Positions 23,127 through 32,453 of a stretch of 36,285 nt of DNA are shown here, piece by piece. A model generated the notes under the pieces. That model made no database searches, was not told the DNA's origin, and saw only the letters and a list, made by a program, of their open reading frames with translations. The stretch covers positions 1 through 36,285 of the IMG/VR virus record IMGVR_UViG_3300017565_000031. One strand, written 5' to 3'. The position numbers and the translations under genes are program-made. Within the stretch, counting starts at the first letter, position 1; every line of letters starts with the position of its first letter. This stretch comes from a virus. Lineage: Duplodnaviria > Caudoviricetes.

Positions 23127-24104
23127 GTGACTGCACCTCTGCGAATCGCGGCCGTCGAAGATGGTACGGCTTGCGGTTACTACAGAATCCGGCTCCCGTT
23201 CGAGGAGATGCGTAAGCACGGGCACGAGATGGAGTATGCGCGCACGGCCGAACAGTTTGACGAGTCGTGGCCGATCCTCGTGGCACAGCGTTTTGGTTAT
23301 CCGGGGTTCGAGCTCGAGTGGTTGAAGCTGTTTCGGAAGCACGCAATGGTGTGGGAAACCGACGACGATCTTTGGGCGATTGATCCGGTCAATAAGCGCG
23401 CCGCGGAGGTGTTCACCCGCGACTACCTCAAGGGTCTGGAGTTTTGCGTCCGCTCGGCTCGGCTCGTGACGGTGACGAACGATCATCTGGCTGAGCGCAT
23501 GTCGCGCTTCAACCCGAACGTCGCGGTCGTGCCGAACATGATCGACGCGGCCCTGCCGACCATGAATCGCGTTCGTCGTGACAAGGTCACGATCGGTTGG
23601 GCTGGCGGCGACTCGCATCGTCGTGATCTTGCAAGGATCGTTGCTCCCCTGCATCGGATTGTGCGGACTACAGCCGCGGTCGTGCACACGATCGGTCAGG
23701 ACTTCTCTGACGTGTTGCGGCTGCCAGTTGATCGGCACCGGCACACCGGGTGGGAATCAAGGCTCATCAAATACTACTCGAGCCTCGATTTCGACATCGG
23801 CCTGGCACCGATCGAGAACACCACGTTTACCCGGTCCAAGTCCTACATCAAAGCGCTCGAATATGGCGCGCTCGGCATCCCGGTGATCGCCTCCGACGTC
23901 GGCCCGTACCGGGAGTACGTCGAGGACGGGGTGACCGGGTTCCTCGTGAGGAAGGAATCGGAATGGATCGACCGCATGCAACTACTGATCGACGATGCGG
24001 ACTTGCGGGAGCGGATGGGTGCTGCTGCGCGCGAGAAAGCGACCAGGCACACGATTGCGGCCGGGTGGCCTCTTTGGGAGCAGGCGTACCGTCGCGTCGC
24101 GTGA
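23127..24104 (+). CDS. GT-B (GT4-like) glycosyltransferase within the virion module
   Basis: ACGYYRI..P, WETDDDLW, IGWAGG.SH, DIGLAP, KS.IKALEYGALGIPVIASDVGPY, DGVTGFLV. Confidence 0.92.
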   Translation: MTAPLRIAAVEDGTACGYYRIRLPFEEMRKHGHEMEYARTAEQFDESWPILVAQRFGYPGFELEWLKLFRKHAMVWETDDDLWAIDPVNKRAAEVFTRDYLKGLEFCVRSARLVTVTNDHLAERMSRFNPNVAVVPNMIDAALPTMNRVRRDKVTIGWAGGDSHRRDLARIVAPLHRIVRTTAAVVHTIGQDFSDVLRLPVDRHRHTGWESRLIKYYSSLDFDIGLAPIENTTFTRSKSYIKALEYGALGIPVIASDVGPYREYVEDGVTGFLVRKESEWIDRMQLLIDDADLRERMGAAAREKATRHTIAAGWPLWEQAYRRVA

Positions 24105-24159
24105 CGTGGCCGCCGGCGACTGAGACTGCGGTGCCGCCGCGTCGTGAGGAGGTGCGCTG

Positions 24160-24495
24160 ATGGCCGTCACGTACCAGCAGGTACTCGCCGAGGCGGGTGC
24201 CGGCGCGAACGACAAGACGCTCGCGGAGCGTGTTCTCGCTGAGGCGGAGGAGCATGTTACTGACTTCCTCGCCGAGAACCTGCTCGACGAGTCGCGTCCC
24301 GTGCCGTCTGAGGTTGCAGATTCGGCGGTGCTGCGCTGCGCGGTGGATTTGTTCGCCCGCGCGAATGCCCCGTTCGGCACTCAGGTGCTCCCGGACGGGT
24401 CGGGGCAGATGATCGCCCAGCGTCTCGGCGCGGACCCGCTCGGCGGCGTGTATGCACTCGTGCGCGCATGGGCGGCAAGGGTCGGCCTCGGATGA
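24160..24495 (+). CDS. Head-to-tail adaptor (gp6/gp15-like)
   Basis: VP.EV.D.AVL.CA.DLF.R.NAP.G...DPL; size and position fit. Confidence 0.8.
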   Translation: MAVTYQQVLAEAGAGANDKTLAERVLAEAEEHVTDFLAENLLDESRPVPSEVADSAVLRCAVDLFARANAPFGTQVLPDGSGQMIAQRLGADPLGGVYALVRAWAARVGLG

Positions 24496-24932
24496 GCGAC
24501 GAAGAGCTCCCGGACGAGACGCCCGAGGAGCCGCCGGCCCCGACGTCCGACCTGGCCTCTGCTCGTACTGCGCTCGCGACACTGCTGAACTCGATCGAGG
24601 GTGTGCGCGCGGTCACCGAGATCCCGAAGACGTTCACCCCGCCGATCGTGTGGATCGCCGCGGGTCTGCCGTATCGTCAGCGGGCGCAGGCGATCGGCCG
24701 TAAGCGCATCAACCTCGTCGCGGTGTGCCTCGGTGGGATGTCTACGAACGACGCGTCCCTCGCTGCTACAGAGGAGCTCGCCGAGCTCGTCGCCGACAAG
24801 GTCGACACGTCCACCGTGTTCGCGTTGGACCCGACCGCCGAGATGGATCAGCCGCGCCTCTACCCGTCGGCGCAGAACCAGGAGATGCTCGGCATCGCCG
24901 TCAACATCATGTGCGAGTCCACTCGTGGTTGA
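24492..24932 (+). CDS. Probable tail terminator / neck protein
   Basis: Position, size and alternating alpha/beta pattern. Confidence 0.55.
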   Translation: MSDEELPDETPEEPPAPTSDLASARTALATLLNSIEGVRAVTEIPKTFTPPIVWIAAGLPYRQRAQAIGRKRINLVAVCLGGMSTNDASLAATEELAELVADKVDTSTVFALDPTAEMDQPRLYPSAQNQEMLGIAVNIMCESTRG

Positions 24933-25425
24933 CATCGAGTGGAACACGAAGCAGCTGGCGGCGCTCGCAAAGTCGATGCAAGCCGACCGCGACGGGCGTG
25001 CGCTGCGGAAGCAGATGAACGCCCAGTTCGACTCGATCACTGAGGACCTCCGCGATCGGCTCTACCGGGGCGTGAGCTCCCTTCCCGGTGTTGGTTCGTA
25101 CTCACGGGATTTGGCCGAGTCGGTGCAGTTCAAAACGAAGCTCATCGGTGGCAAGAACGCTCGCGTGTCGATCGTCGGTACTGGCAAGACCGCGAAGGGT
25201 AAGACCCGCGAGACCGGCAAGCTCCTCGAGGCCGGTTACTTGTACCACCCGGCATGGGGCTACTGGCGGTCGAGTCCACCACCTGCGAGCTTGCGCCAGC
25301 AAGTCCCTGCGGGTCCCCGAATGGTGACCGATGCGCTGAGCCGTTCCGAACCGAACGTCCGCTCGGAGATCCTCTACGTCCTGAATGACTACCTCGATCG
25401 ACTCACTGAAATACGAAAGGCATGA
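24925..25425 (+). CDS. Probable tail completion / HK97-gp10-like protein
   Basis: Basic protein with E.G...HP.WG...Q; position in the neck module. Confidence 0.55.
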   Translation: MVDIEWNTKQLAALAKSMQADRDGRALRKQMNAQFDSITEDLRDRLYRGVSSLPGVGSYSRDLAESVQFKTKLIGGKNARVSIVGTGKTAKGKTRETGKLLEAGYLYHPAWGYWRSSPPPASLRQQVPAGPRMVTDALSRSEPNVRSEILYVLNDYLDRLTEIRKA

Positions 25426-25712
25426 CCATGAGCAAGACCCTTACTGCTAACGAAGTGTCCGAGTCCCTCACCGGCTTCGATGAGATCGCGATCAAGCAGC
25501 AGTTCGGCGGCACGATCCGCACTCTCACTCAGGAAGATCCGACTCAGTACATGCGCGCACTCGTGTTCGTTCTCGAGCGTCGTGCCGGCAAGAAGGATGC
25601 GGAGGCGTACCACGTCGCCCAGTCCATGTCGCTGATCGAGGTCAAGGACCGGCTGCCGCAGGAGGACGCGAACGCGGATTTCGACGAGCAGCCGACTACG
25701 ACGACGCCCTGA
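25422..25712 (+). CDS. Tail assembly chaperone (G)
   Basis: SLTGFDEIAI..QFG...RALVFV..RR.G; lies upstream of the tape measure gene. Confidence 0.75.
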   Translation: MTMSKTLTANEVSESLTGFDEIAIKQQFGGTIRTLTQEDPTQYMRALVFVLERRAGKKDAEAYHVAQSMSLIEVKDRLPQEDANADFDEQPTTTTP

Positions 25713-25852
25713 CGATCGCCTACTGGTGCGCGGCGACCGGGCAACCGGCGTCGTCATGGTTCACCCTCGACCGTCTTCAACGGCACGCGTTCCTTGATGT
25801 CGCGAAAGAGATCGCCGACGAACGCAAGAAAGCGGCTAAGCGTAGGAGGTGA
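25676..25852 (+). CDS. Tail assembly chaperone extension (GT) reached by a -1 frameshift
   Basis: The -1 frame reads ...RRAADYDDALTIAYWCAATGQPASSWFTLDRLQRHAFLDVAKEIADERKKAAKRRR*; candidate slip site G GAT TTC at 25676-25682. Confidence 0.7.
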   Translation, partial: GFRRAADYDDALTIAYWCAATGQPASSWFTLDRLQRHAFLDVAKEIADERKKAAKRRR

Positions 25853-25855
25853 CCC

Positions 25856-27889
25856 GTGGCGAAAGACGTCCAGATTGATCTGATCGTTGATCCGAAGAAG
25901 GCGATCAAGGGAATCGACGACGTTTCGGATCGGGCCGAAACAGCCTCCAAGGTCCTCGCTGGTCTCGGCGGGTTCGCTGCGGGCGCACTCGCGGTCGGTG
26001 CGGCGGGTGCTGCAGCGCTCGGCGGCGCGGTCGTGTCGGCGTATGCGGACTTCGAGCAGCTCGCTGGCGGTGTCGACAAGCTGTTCGGTGACGCGTCGGA
26101 TTCGGTCATGGAGTACGCGTCGCGCGCTGCGGAGTCGGCGGGTCTGTCGACGAACCGCTACTTGGACACGGTCACGTCGTTCAGCGCGTCCCTGATCTCC
26201 GGTCTGGGCGGCGACCAGGCGAAGGCCGCGCAGATCGCGGACATCGCGATCACCGACATGGCCGATAACGCGAACACGTTCGGCACGTCGATGGAGATGC
26301 TCCAGACGACGTATCAGGGCTTCGCCAAGGGCCAGTTCGCGATGCTCGACAACCTCAAGCTCGGCTATGGCGGCACGGCCGGTGAGATGGCGCGCCTCAT
26401 CAACGACTCCGGTGTGCTCAACGGTGCGTTCGAGGTGACCGCGCAGAACGTCAAGGACATTCCGTTCTCGACGATGGTCGAGGCGATTCACCAAGTCCAG
26501 ACCGAGCTCAACATCACGGGCACGACGGCGAAGGAAGCCGCGTCGACGATCACTGGATCGTTCGAGGCGACCAAGGCGTCGCTCATGAACCTCGTCACTG
26601 GTCTCGGCGACGCGAACGCGGACTTCGATGCGCTCGTGAGCAGTCTCGCGACGAACGCCGGGAACCTCATCGCGAACGTCGCTGGGGTGCTCGAGCAGCT
26701 CGCGACCGGTCTGCCGCAGATCGTTCCGACGTTGCTCGCCGCGGTGGAGAAGCTCGTCCCGACGCTCCTCGAGGTCGGCGCGAGGCTCGTCGAGGCGGTC
26801 CTGGATGGCCTGATCAAGATGGCACCGGCACTGATCAGTGGAGCGGTCCCCCTCATCCTCAATCTCGTCACCGGTCTGCTGCGGCAGGTCCCCGCGCTCC
26901 TGACGGCGGGTGTGCAGATCGTCGTCGCGGTCGTGCAGGGCATTGCCCGGGCCCTACCGACGTTGATCCCGTCGGTCGTGAAGGCGATCGTCAACGGCAT
27001 TCTCACGTTGACGTCGCCAACCAATCTGAACGCACTGCTCAAGGCGGGCCTCGGGTTGGTGACGGGACTCGTCAAGGGCATCATCACGGCGTTGCCGATC
27101 ATCATTGACGCACTGCCGACGATCATTCTCAACATCGTCAACTTTATTGTGGGCGCGATTCCGCAGCTGATTGATGCGGGTATTCAACTGTTCATGTCGA
27201 TCGTTGCCGCTTTGCCGGACATCATCCACGGCATTGTTGCCGCGATTCCGAAGATCATCGTCGGCATCACGACCGCGTTGGTCGAGGCGATCCCGGCGCT
27301 CATCACGGGCGGGATCGAACTGTTCGTCGCGCTCATCGCCGAGCTGCCGACCATCATCGTCGAGATTGTTAAGGCGATTCCCGAGATCGTGGTCGGCATT
27401 GTCACGGCGTTCACGAAGCCGGAGACGATGGCGCGGATGGCGCAGGCCGGTATGAGTCTCATTCAGGGCCTCATCGACGGTATCGGCAGCATGGTCGGAG
27501 CGGTCGTGAAGTCTGTTGAGGATGTTGCGAACAGCATCGTCGGGGGCATCGCGGACTTCCTGGGCATCCACTCGCCGTCGACTGTGTTCGCGGACATTGG
27601 TCGTTACTCGATCATGGGCCTAGAGAAGGGTCTGAGTGGTCGGAACAACATCAGCTCGATCATGGGGAAGCTCTCCGGGCAAGTTGCTGGTGGTTTCGCT
27701 GGGGCCCTTGCGGCGGATGCGAAGATCACGGTCGCGCGTTCCTACGGTGCGGCGGACGAGTCCAGTGTCACCGCCCCACGCTCGATCACTGTGAACAACA
27801 CGTACAACGTGGGCGATCAGGATCCGCGTCTCGTGGGTCGTCAAGCTGGCCGTGAGGTCATGCGTCAGTTGGCTGGGGTGCTGGTGTGA
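25856..27889 (+). CDS. Tape measure protein (677 aa)
   Basis: YADFEQL.GGV, YQGFAKGQF.MLDNLKLGYGGT, amphipathic LP.I repeats, and LGIHSPS.VF. Confidence 0.95.
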   Translation: MAKDVQIDLIVDPKKAIKGIDDVSDRAETASKVLAGLGGFAAGALAVGAAGAAALGGAVVSAYADFEQLAGGVDKLFGDASDSVMEYASRAAESAGLSTNRYLDTVTSFSASLISGLGGDQAKAAQIADIAITDMADNANTFGTSMEMLQTTYQGFAKGQFAMLDNLKLGYGGTAGEMARLINDSGVLNGAFEVTAQNVKDIPFSTMVEAIHQVQTELNITGTTAKEAASTITGSFEATKASLMNLVTGLGDANADFDALVSSLATNAGNLIANVAGVLEQLATGLPQIVPTLLAAVEKLVPTLLEVGARLVEAVLDGLIKMAPALISGAVPLILNLVTGLLRQVPALLTAGVQIVVAVVQGIARALPTLIPSVVKAIVNGILTLTSPTNLNALLKAGLGLVTGLVKGIITALPIIIDALPTIILNIVNFIVGAIPQLIDAGIQLFMSIVAALPDIIHGIVAAIPKIIVGITTALVEAIPALITGGIELFVALIAELPTIIVEIVKAIPEIVVGIVTAFTKPETMARMAQAGMSLIQGLIDGIGSMVGAVVKSVEDVANSIVGGIADFLGIHSPSTVFADIGRYSIMGLEKGLSGRNNISSIMGKLSGQVAGGFAGALAADAKITVARSYGAADESSVTAPRSITVNNTYNVGDQDPRLVGRQAGREVMRQLAGVLV

Positions 27890-28725
27890 TCATCGAACTG
27901 GCGGGTATCACGTTCGCGGATTCAGGTCGTGGTTGGGTGTTCGCCGATCTCGTGGACTGGTACACGGTTCCCGACTCGAAGGCAGAAGATGAGTCGATTC
28001 CGCAGGGTCATGGGTCGTTTGATCCCGGCGTGGATTGGCGGTCTTCGGCGGCGATTTCGTTCACGGCTGCGTATATCGGCAACTCAGCAGCGGAAGTACT
28101 TGAGGCGGTCGAGGAGTTCAACTCTGCCGGGACGTCTGAGGACATCCAGGTCATGCGCGTCACTGATGTGTTGCGGGCGACGAGTCGGCAAGTATCGATC
28201 CGCCGTATCGGTGTACCAGACTTCTATAACTACGACTCGTTCGAAGCACAGTTCGCGGTGGATGTGCTCGCGTGGGATCCGCTGCGGTATGGCGATCCTG
28301 TAGTCACAACTACGGGTTTGCCGTCCTTGTCGGGTGGTCTCGCGTTCCCGATTGTGTTCCCGATTGATTTCGCGTCGGCTGGTGATCCGGGGCGCCTGGT
28401 CTTGACGAACGCGGGTAAGCAGCCATCGCGGCCGCAGTTCACAGTGACGGGTGGGTTGGCTGGCGGGTTCTCGCTGGTCTGTATTGAGACGGGGCAGGAG
28501 ATCCGTTTCGAGTTCCCGCTGTCGGTCTCGGACGTCGTGACAGTGGATGCTCGGTCGGGTCAGGCGTGGATCAATGACGAGTCGAATGTCCTCTCGGGCT
28601 ACCTCACAAAGTCGGAGTGGTTCCCAGTGCCGGCTGGTGGGGTGCGGACGGTGCAGTTCAATGCGATCGGCGCGGTCACGGGGACGCCGACGTTGACGGG
28701 CATTGTGTCCCCGGCTTGGTTGTGA
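27886..28725 (+). CDS. Distal tail (Dit)-like minor tail protein
   Basis: Follows the tape measure gene; A.DPLRYG, GGLAFPIVFPIDF and N.G....P motifs. Confidence 0.8.
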   Translation: MIIELAGITFADSGRGWVFADLVDWYTVPDSKAEDESIPQGHGSFDPGVDWRSSAAISFTAAYIGNSAAEVLEAVEEFNSAGTSEDIQVMRVTDVLRATSRQVSIRRIGVPDFYNYDSFEAQFAVDVLAWDPLRYGDPVVTTTGLPSLSGGLAFPIVFPIDFASAGDPGRLVLTNAGKQPSRPQFTVTGGLAGGFSLVCIETGQEIRFEFPLSVSDVVTVDARSGQAWINDESNVLSGYLTKSEWFPVPAGGVRTVQFNAIGAVTGTPTLTGIVSPAWL

Positions 28726-28732
28726 GGTTGTC

Positions 28733-29983
28733 GTGGAGGTTGTGACGCGGGTTCTGATCGGGGATCTGCTGACGGGGCGTCGCATTCTCGATATTCCGTA
28801 CTCGAAGTTGTCGTGGAGTGTGTCGCGGAATGCGGCCGAGTCGATCAGCTTGACGGTGCCGTTGACGTCTCGTCTGGTGCGTCGGTTGGATTTGCGCAAC
28901 GCGACGACGCCGGCGAAGACGTTCATGGCGGTCTTGTTGGATGATGTGCCGATTGCGGCGGGTCCGATTTGGCGTCGCCAGTATGCGAAGGCGACCGGGT
29001 TGTTGGATCTCGCGGCGGCGGGCATGTGGTCGTATTTCGATCACCGGCACATCATTCCGGCATTGGCTGCATCGCAGGGTGTGGTGGATCCGGTGACGGG
29101 TGAGTCGATCAACGACACGGTCTTGACGAATCTGTCGTACGGGACGATCGCGAAGCGCATCGTGCAGCAGGCTCGCACTTGGACGGGCGGCAACGTGCCG
29201 ATCGTGTTCCAGGATGATGAGGCTGGAACGTACACGCGCACCTATTTGGGTGCGACGCTCAAGAAAGTTGGCGAAGCCCTCGCGGACTTCATCGACTTGA
29301 GGAACGGCATCGACATTCGCTTCCAGCCGCGGTTCACGTCGGACCGGCTTGGCATCGAATGGGTGTTGCAGACCGGGACTCTCACGCAGCCGTATCTTCG
29401 TTCCCCGCAGGTGCATCGTTGGGATTACACGGTCCCGAAGCCGTCGATCCGGAACCTGTCCGAAGTGGAGGACGCGTCTCGGATGGCGGGGCTCGCGTGG
29501 TTCACGTCGGGCCGTCAGGAGGGTACGGCCCTCGCGGTCCAGTCCTCAGATGGTGTGCTGGCGGGTGCGGGGTATCCGCTGCTTGAACTCGCGGATGCGT
29601 CCCATTCGGATGTGACGATCGAAGCGACGTTGCAGGAGTATGCGGACAACGCGATCCTCCTGGGTCGGGCACCGATGTCGGCGTGGTCGTTCGAAGCGAA
29701 AGCGTCGGGCAGTCCGCGTGCGGGCCAGTATTGGCCGGGCGATCTTGCGGAGATCCTGGTTGGCGATGATCCGTGGCTCGGAAACCGTTGGGGCACGACG
29801 GTGCCGACCGATCTTCTGCCAGCCCCGGACCTGTATCCGTCCGATGATCTCCTCCCGGATGGTGGGTCGTTCTATTTCCCACCGAAGCCGGTGACGCATG
29901 TGCGGGAGATCGCGTCGATCTCGGGGGATGAGAAGAGCCGTTGGGTTTCCGTTGTGACCGAAGAGCAGATTGAGGTGAGCTGA
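28733..29983 (+). CDS. Baseplate hub / Tal-like minor tail protein
   Basis: IGDLLTGR, AAGPIW and YPLLE...HS.V....TL..YA motifs; start uncertain (28733 or 28742). Confidence 0.8.
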   Translation: MEVVTRVLIGDLLTGRRILDIPYSKLSWSVSRNAAESISLTVPLTSRLVRRLDLRNATTPAKTFMAVLLDDVPIAAGPIWRRQYAKATGLLDLAAAGMWSYFDHRHIIPALAASQGVVDPVTGESINDTVLTNLSYGTIAKRIVQQARTWTGGNVPIVFQDDEAGTYTRTYLGATLKKVGEALADFIDLRNGIDIRFQPRFTSDRLGIEWVLQTGTLTQPYLRSPQVHRWDYTVPKPSIRNLSEVEDASRMAGLAWFTSGRQEGTALAVQSSDGVLAGAGYPLLELADASHSDVTIEATLQEYADNAILLGRAPMSAWSFEAKASGSPRAGQYWPGDLAEILVGDDPWLGNRWGTTVPTDLLPAPDLYPSDDLLPDGGSFYFPPKPVTHVREIASISGDEKSRWVSVVTEEQIEVS

Positions 29984-31278
29984 TGCCGTTCGATCCGATC
30001 GTCTTCGCGGACCGTAGTAAGCCGGCGTTGAATGCGGCCGCGCTCGCGCATATGCAGACGCAGTACGACCAGGCTGTTGCGGATGCTGCTACGGCAGCAA
30101 ATGCCGCATATGGGCAGGTGTTCCAGGTGTCGGCATACGAGACGATCCACGCCGCCTATGCGGCTCTCGTCAGCGCGGGCGGCGGCACGCTTCAGATTCG
30201 TGGTGACGTTTCCGTGGAAACCGATTTCATTATGAGCGAGAACGTGACATGCCTGGTTGATGGGTACGGAGGGCGGCTCCTTCCTGCGCCGGGTGTCATC
30301 GCCCTCGGCATGGAAGTTGGACCATCCGACGTGACGTTGATTGCCGTCGAGGGGCTCGAGATCGATGCCACCAACCAGGGCGGAACGGCGGGTGGCGCAA
30401 CCGGAATCCGAGTGAAGGACCACCTCGGCGCAGTGATCCGCGACGTTGTTATCAAGCAGTGCGCGACAGGCATCCTCATCACCGATAGCCCCGGAAAGTG
30501 GTCGGAGTCATCCCAGCTCGATGCCGTCCGTATCGAGGAATGCGCGATCGGGATCGACGTGCAGAACGACGGCGGCACTGGATCATTCGGCTATGCCGGT
30601 TGGGGGCGCGTCGCGATCTACGGTGTCCCCGAAGGCGGCGTCGGCTTCCGTGTCGGTGCTGGCGCAAACCTATACCACTTCACGCTCGCGCGGCTCGTGG
30701 TGCAGACGTCAGGCGCCGTCGCGTCGGGCACCGCGACCCTTATGGAAGTCGCTGGAGTCATCCGACGCGACAGTACGATCAACGCTGTATTTGAGTCCTC
30801 GGCCTCAGCATTCTCGGGCACCCGAAACGGCCTGGCGCTCGTCTCGGGCGCGACCATCGACGGCCTGGGCCTCCGTGCCTATTTTCAAGGCACGTTCACG
30901 AACAAGATCTACAACCCCGCGACAGTCGCATTCCAGTTCCGCGAGGACAACGACCGCGACTTGAAGGCCAGCGCCTCCGGGCAAGACCTCGCCGACTATT
31001 GGGTGTTCGGCGACGCATTCGCGCGGACGATCATGAGACCCGGCCGCATCATGCTGGGGTCCGGCGCGGCGGCCCCGGACGCGCAGATTGTGCGCTGGGG
31101 CCCCGACCTGGCGGGGCCGGACACGGGCGACTCATGGCGTGTCGACGGCACCTGGAACGGCGGCAATCTCCGCCTCGGCAACTACCGGCTATGGGTCGAC
31201 GCATCAGGGAATCTTCGCATCAAGTCCTCGGCCCCGTCCTCGGATATGGACGGCACGGTAGTCGGCGCTCAGTCCTGA
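29983..31278 (+). CDS. Tailspike / receptor-binding protein, pectin-lyase-like beta helix
   Basis: IHAAYAAL...GGGTLQI, beta-helix-like repeats (GIRV, GILI, GIDV), and C-terminal LWVDASGNLRIKSSAPSSDMDGTVVG. Confidence 0.75.
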   Translation: MPFDPIVFADRSKPALNAAALAHMQTQYDQAVADAATAANAAYGQVFQVSAYETIHAAYAALVSAGGGTLQIRGDVSVETDFIMSENVTCLVDGYGGRLLPAPGVIALGMEVGPSDVTLIAVEGLEIDATNQGGTAGGATGIRVKDHLGAVIRDVVIKQCATGILITDSPGKWSESSQLDAVRIEECAIGIDVQNDGGTGSFGYAGWGRVAIYGVPEGGVGFRVGAGANLYHFTLARLVVQTSGAVASGTATLMEVAGVIRRDSTINAVFESSASAFSGTRNGLALVSGATIDGLGLRAYFQGTFTNKIYNPATVAFQFREDNDRDLKASASGQDLADYWVFGDAFARTIMRPGRIMLGSGAAAPDAQIVRWGPDLAGPDTGDSWRVDGTWNGGNLRLGNYRLWVDASGNLRIKSSAPSSDMDGTVVGAQS

Positions 31279-31358
31279 CAAGACCGGTTATCTGCCCCAC
31301 TCGGCGAGCTCGGAAGTCTCGTCGAGTTCGTTGCTTTCCTTCCGTGAGGAGCAGATCG

Positions 31359-32036
31359 ATGCCACGTAGAGGACTGCCCGAGGAGGGCGCGGGTGAGATC
31401 GCTGCCGTGTTCAAACGGCAAGATCGCCGTCTTCGCATGTTGGAGATGCCGACTGGGGAGCAGTTGGCTCGTGCGCTGGAGAAGGTCCAGCAACTCATCA
31501 CGGATCTGCCGGGACTGGTTGCAGCAGCAGCGACGTCGTTCCTGTCGACCGGCTTCACGACGGGGAGTATGACGGCGACGGGGGATGTGACGTCCGCCAC
31601 GGGCACTGTCACCGGGGCATTCCACAACCCGAACATCATCACGAACCAGATCACCACCCCGCGCACGAGCGTGTGGGCGCAGGACTCGGACGGGCTACTC
31701 GGCTGGGCGTCGTCGTCGCGCACGCAGAAGGACAACATCCGGGATTCCGGCGTCGACCCCCGCGCAGTGCTTCAGATCAGCTCTGTCTTGTTCAACTACA
31801 AAGCCGAGCTCGAGAAGCACGCCCTCGACCCCGAGTACGTCGTCGCCGACGAGTTCGGCGCGATCGCTGAGGATCTCCACGACCTCGGGCTCGGCGTCGT
31901 CGTCGACTACTGGCCTGACGGGTCACCGCGAGGCATCAACTACACGATGCTCGGACTGCTCGCAGTCGAAGCCGCGAAGCACCTCGACGCGCGGCTGACT
32001 GCGGTTGAGGGTCGTCTGGACGCTGCGGGGCTCTAG
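31359..32036 (+). CDS. Minor tail protein with an intramolecular chaperone (peptidase S74-like) domain
   Basis: SSSRTQKDNI...FNYK...GAIAEDL...GINY and a terminal coiled coil. Confidence 0.8.
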   Translation: MPRRGLPEEGAGEIAAVFKRQDRRLRMLEMPTGEQLARALEKVQQLITDLPGLVAAAATSFLSTGFTTGSMTATGDVTSATGTVTGAFHNPNIITNQITTPRTSVWAQDSDGLLGWASSSRTQKDNIRDSGVDPRAVLQISSVLFNYKAELEKHALDPEYVVADEFGAIAEDLHDLGLGVVVDYWPDGSPRGINYTMLGLLAVEAAKHLDARLTAVEGRLDAAGL

Positions 32037-32410
32037 TCCTCAAGCCACGCGACGCACTGATCGCCCTCGCCGTACTTCACGCACTGTTGGCCTTGGTCGT
32101 TCAGATCGTGGCAGTTCGACTCGTTGCCGTACTCGTCCACGTGGTTGGCGATCGTCCCTTCCGGGCATAGCACCGGCTGGGGTGGCACCTCGACCTGGAC
32201 CGGTTCAGGCGCTGGCACGGCGACCTCGACGACCGGTTCCGGCGTCGGAGTCGGTGTGGCCTTCGGTGCGGGGGTGACTTCCGCGATCTGAACCACGGTC
32301 GGGGTCGGTTCCGGTGCTGGGGTTTGCCCGCCGAGCGCGAACGCGGTCGCACCCGCGGCGATGACCAACGCACCACCACCGGCAATACCGCCGATCAGCC
32401 AACGATTCAT
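32033..32410 (-). CDS. Membrane-anchored Pro/Thr-linker protein with a 4-Cys domain, reverse-oriented moron (125 aa)
   Basis: N-terminal TM/signal segment, PTPTPEP linker, CPEG...C...C...C; TACACT -10 lies 7 nt before the ATG. Confidence 0.8.
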   Translation of the reverse strand: MNRWLIGGIAGGGALVIAAGATAFALGGQTPAPEPTPTVVQIAEVTPAPKATPTPTPEPVVEVAVPAPEPVQVEVPPQPVLCPEGTIANHVDEYGNESNCHDLNDQGQQCVKYGEGDQCVAWLED

Positions 32411-32453
32411 GCGGCCGAGTGTACGCCGCACTCACGACAAGAGGGAGTACCCA

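Noticed and set aside
26700-27420. Periodic repeats in the tape measure gene considered as an array
   Set aside because: These are ordinary amphipathic protein repeats with no identical DNA repeat-spacer structure. No CRISPR array was seen anywhere in the window.
31299-31328. Hairpin ACTCGGCGAG/CTCGTCGAGT after the tailspike gene as a terminator
   Set aside because: Imperfect stem, long loop and only a broken T tract; too weak to call.
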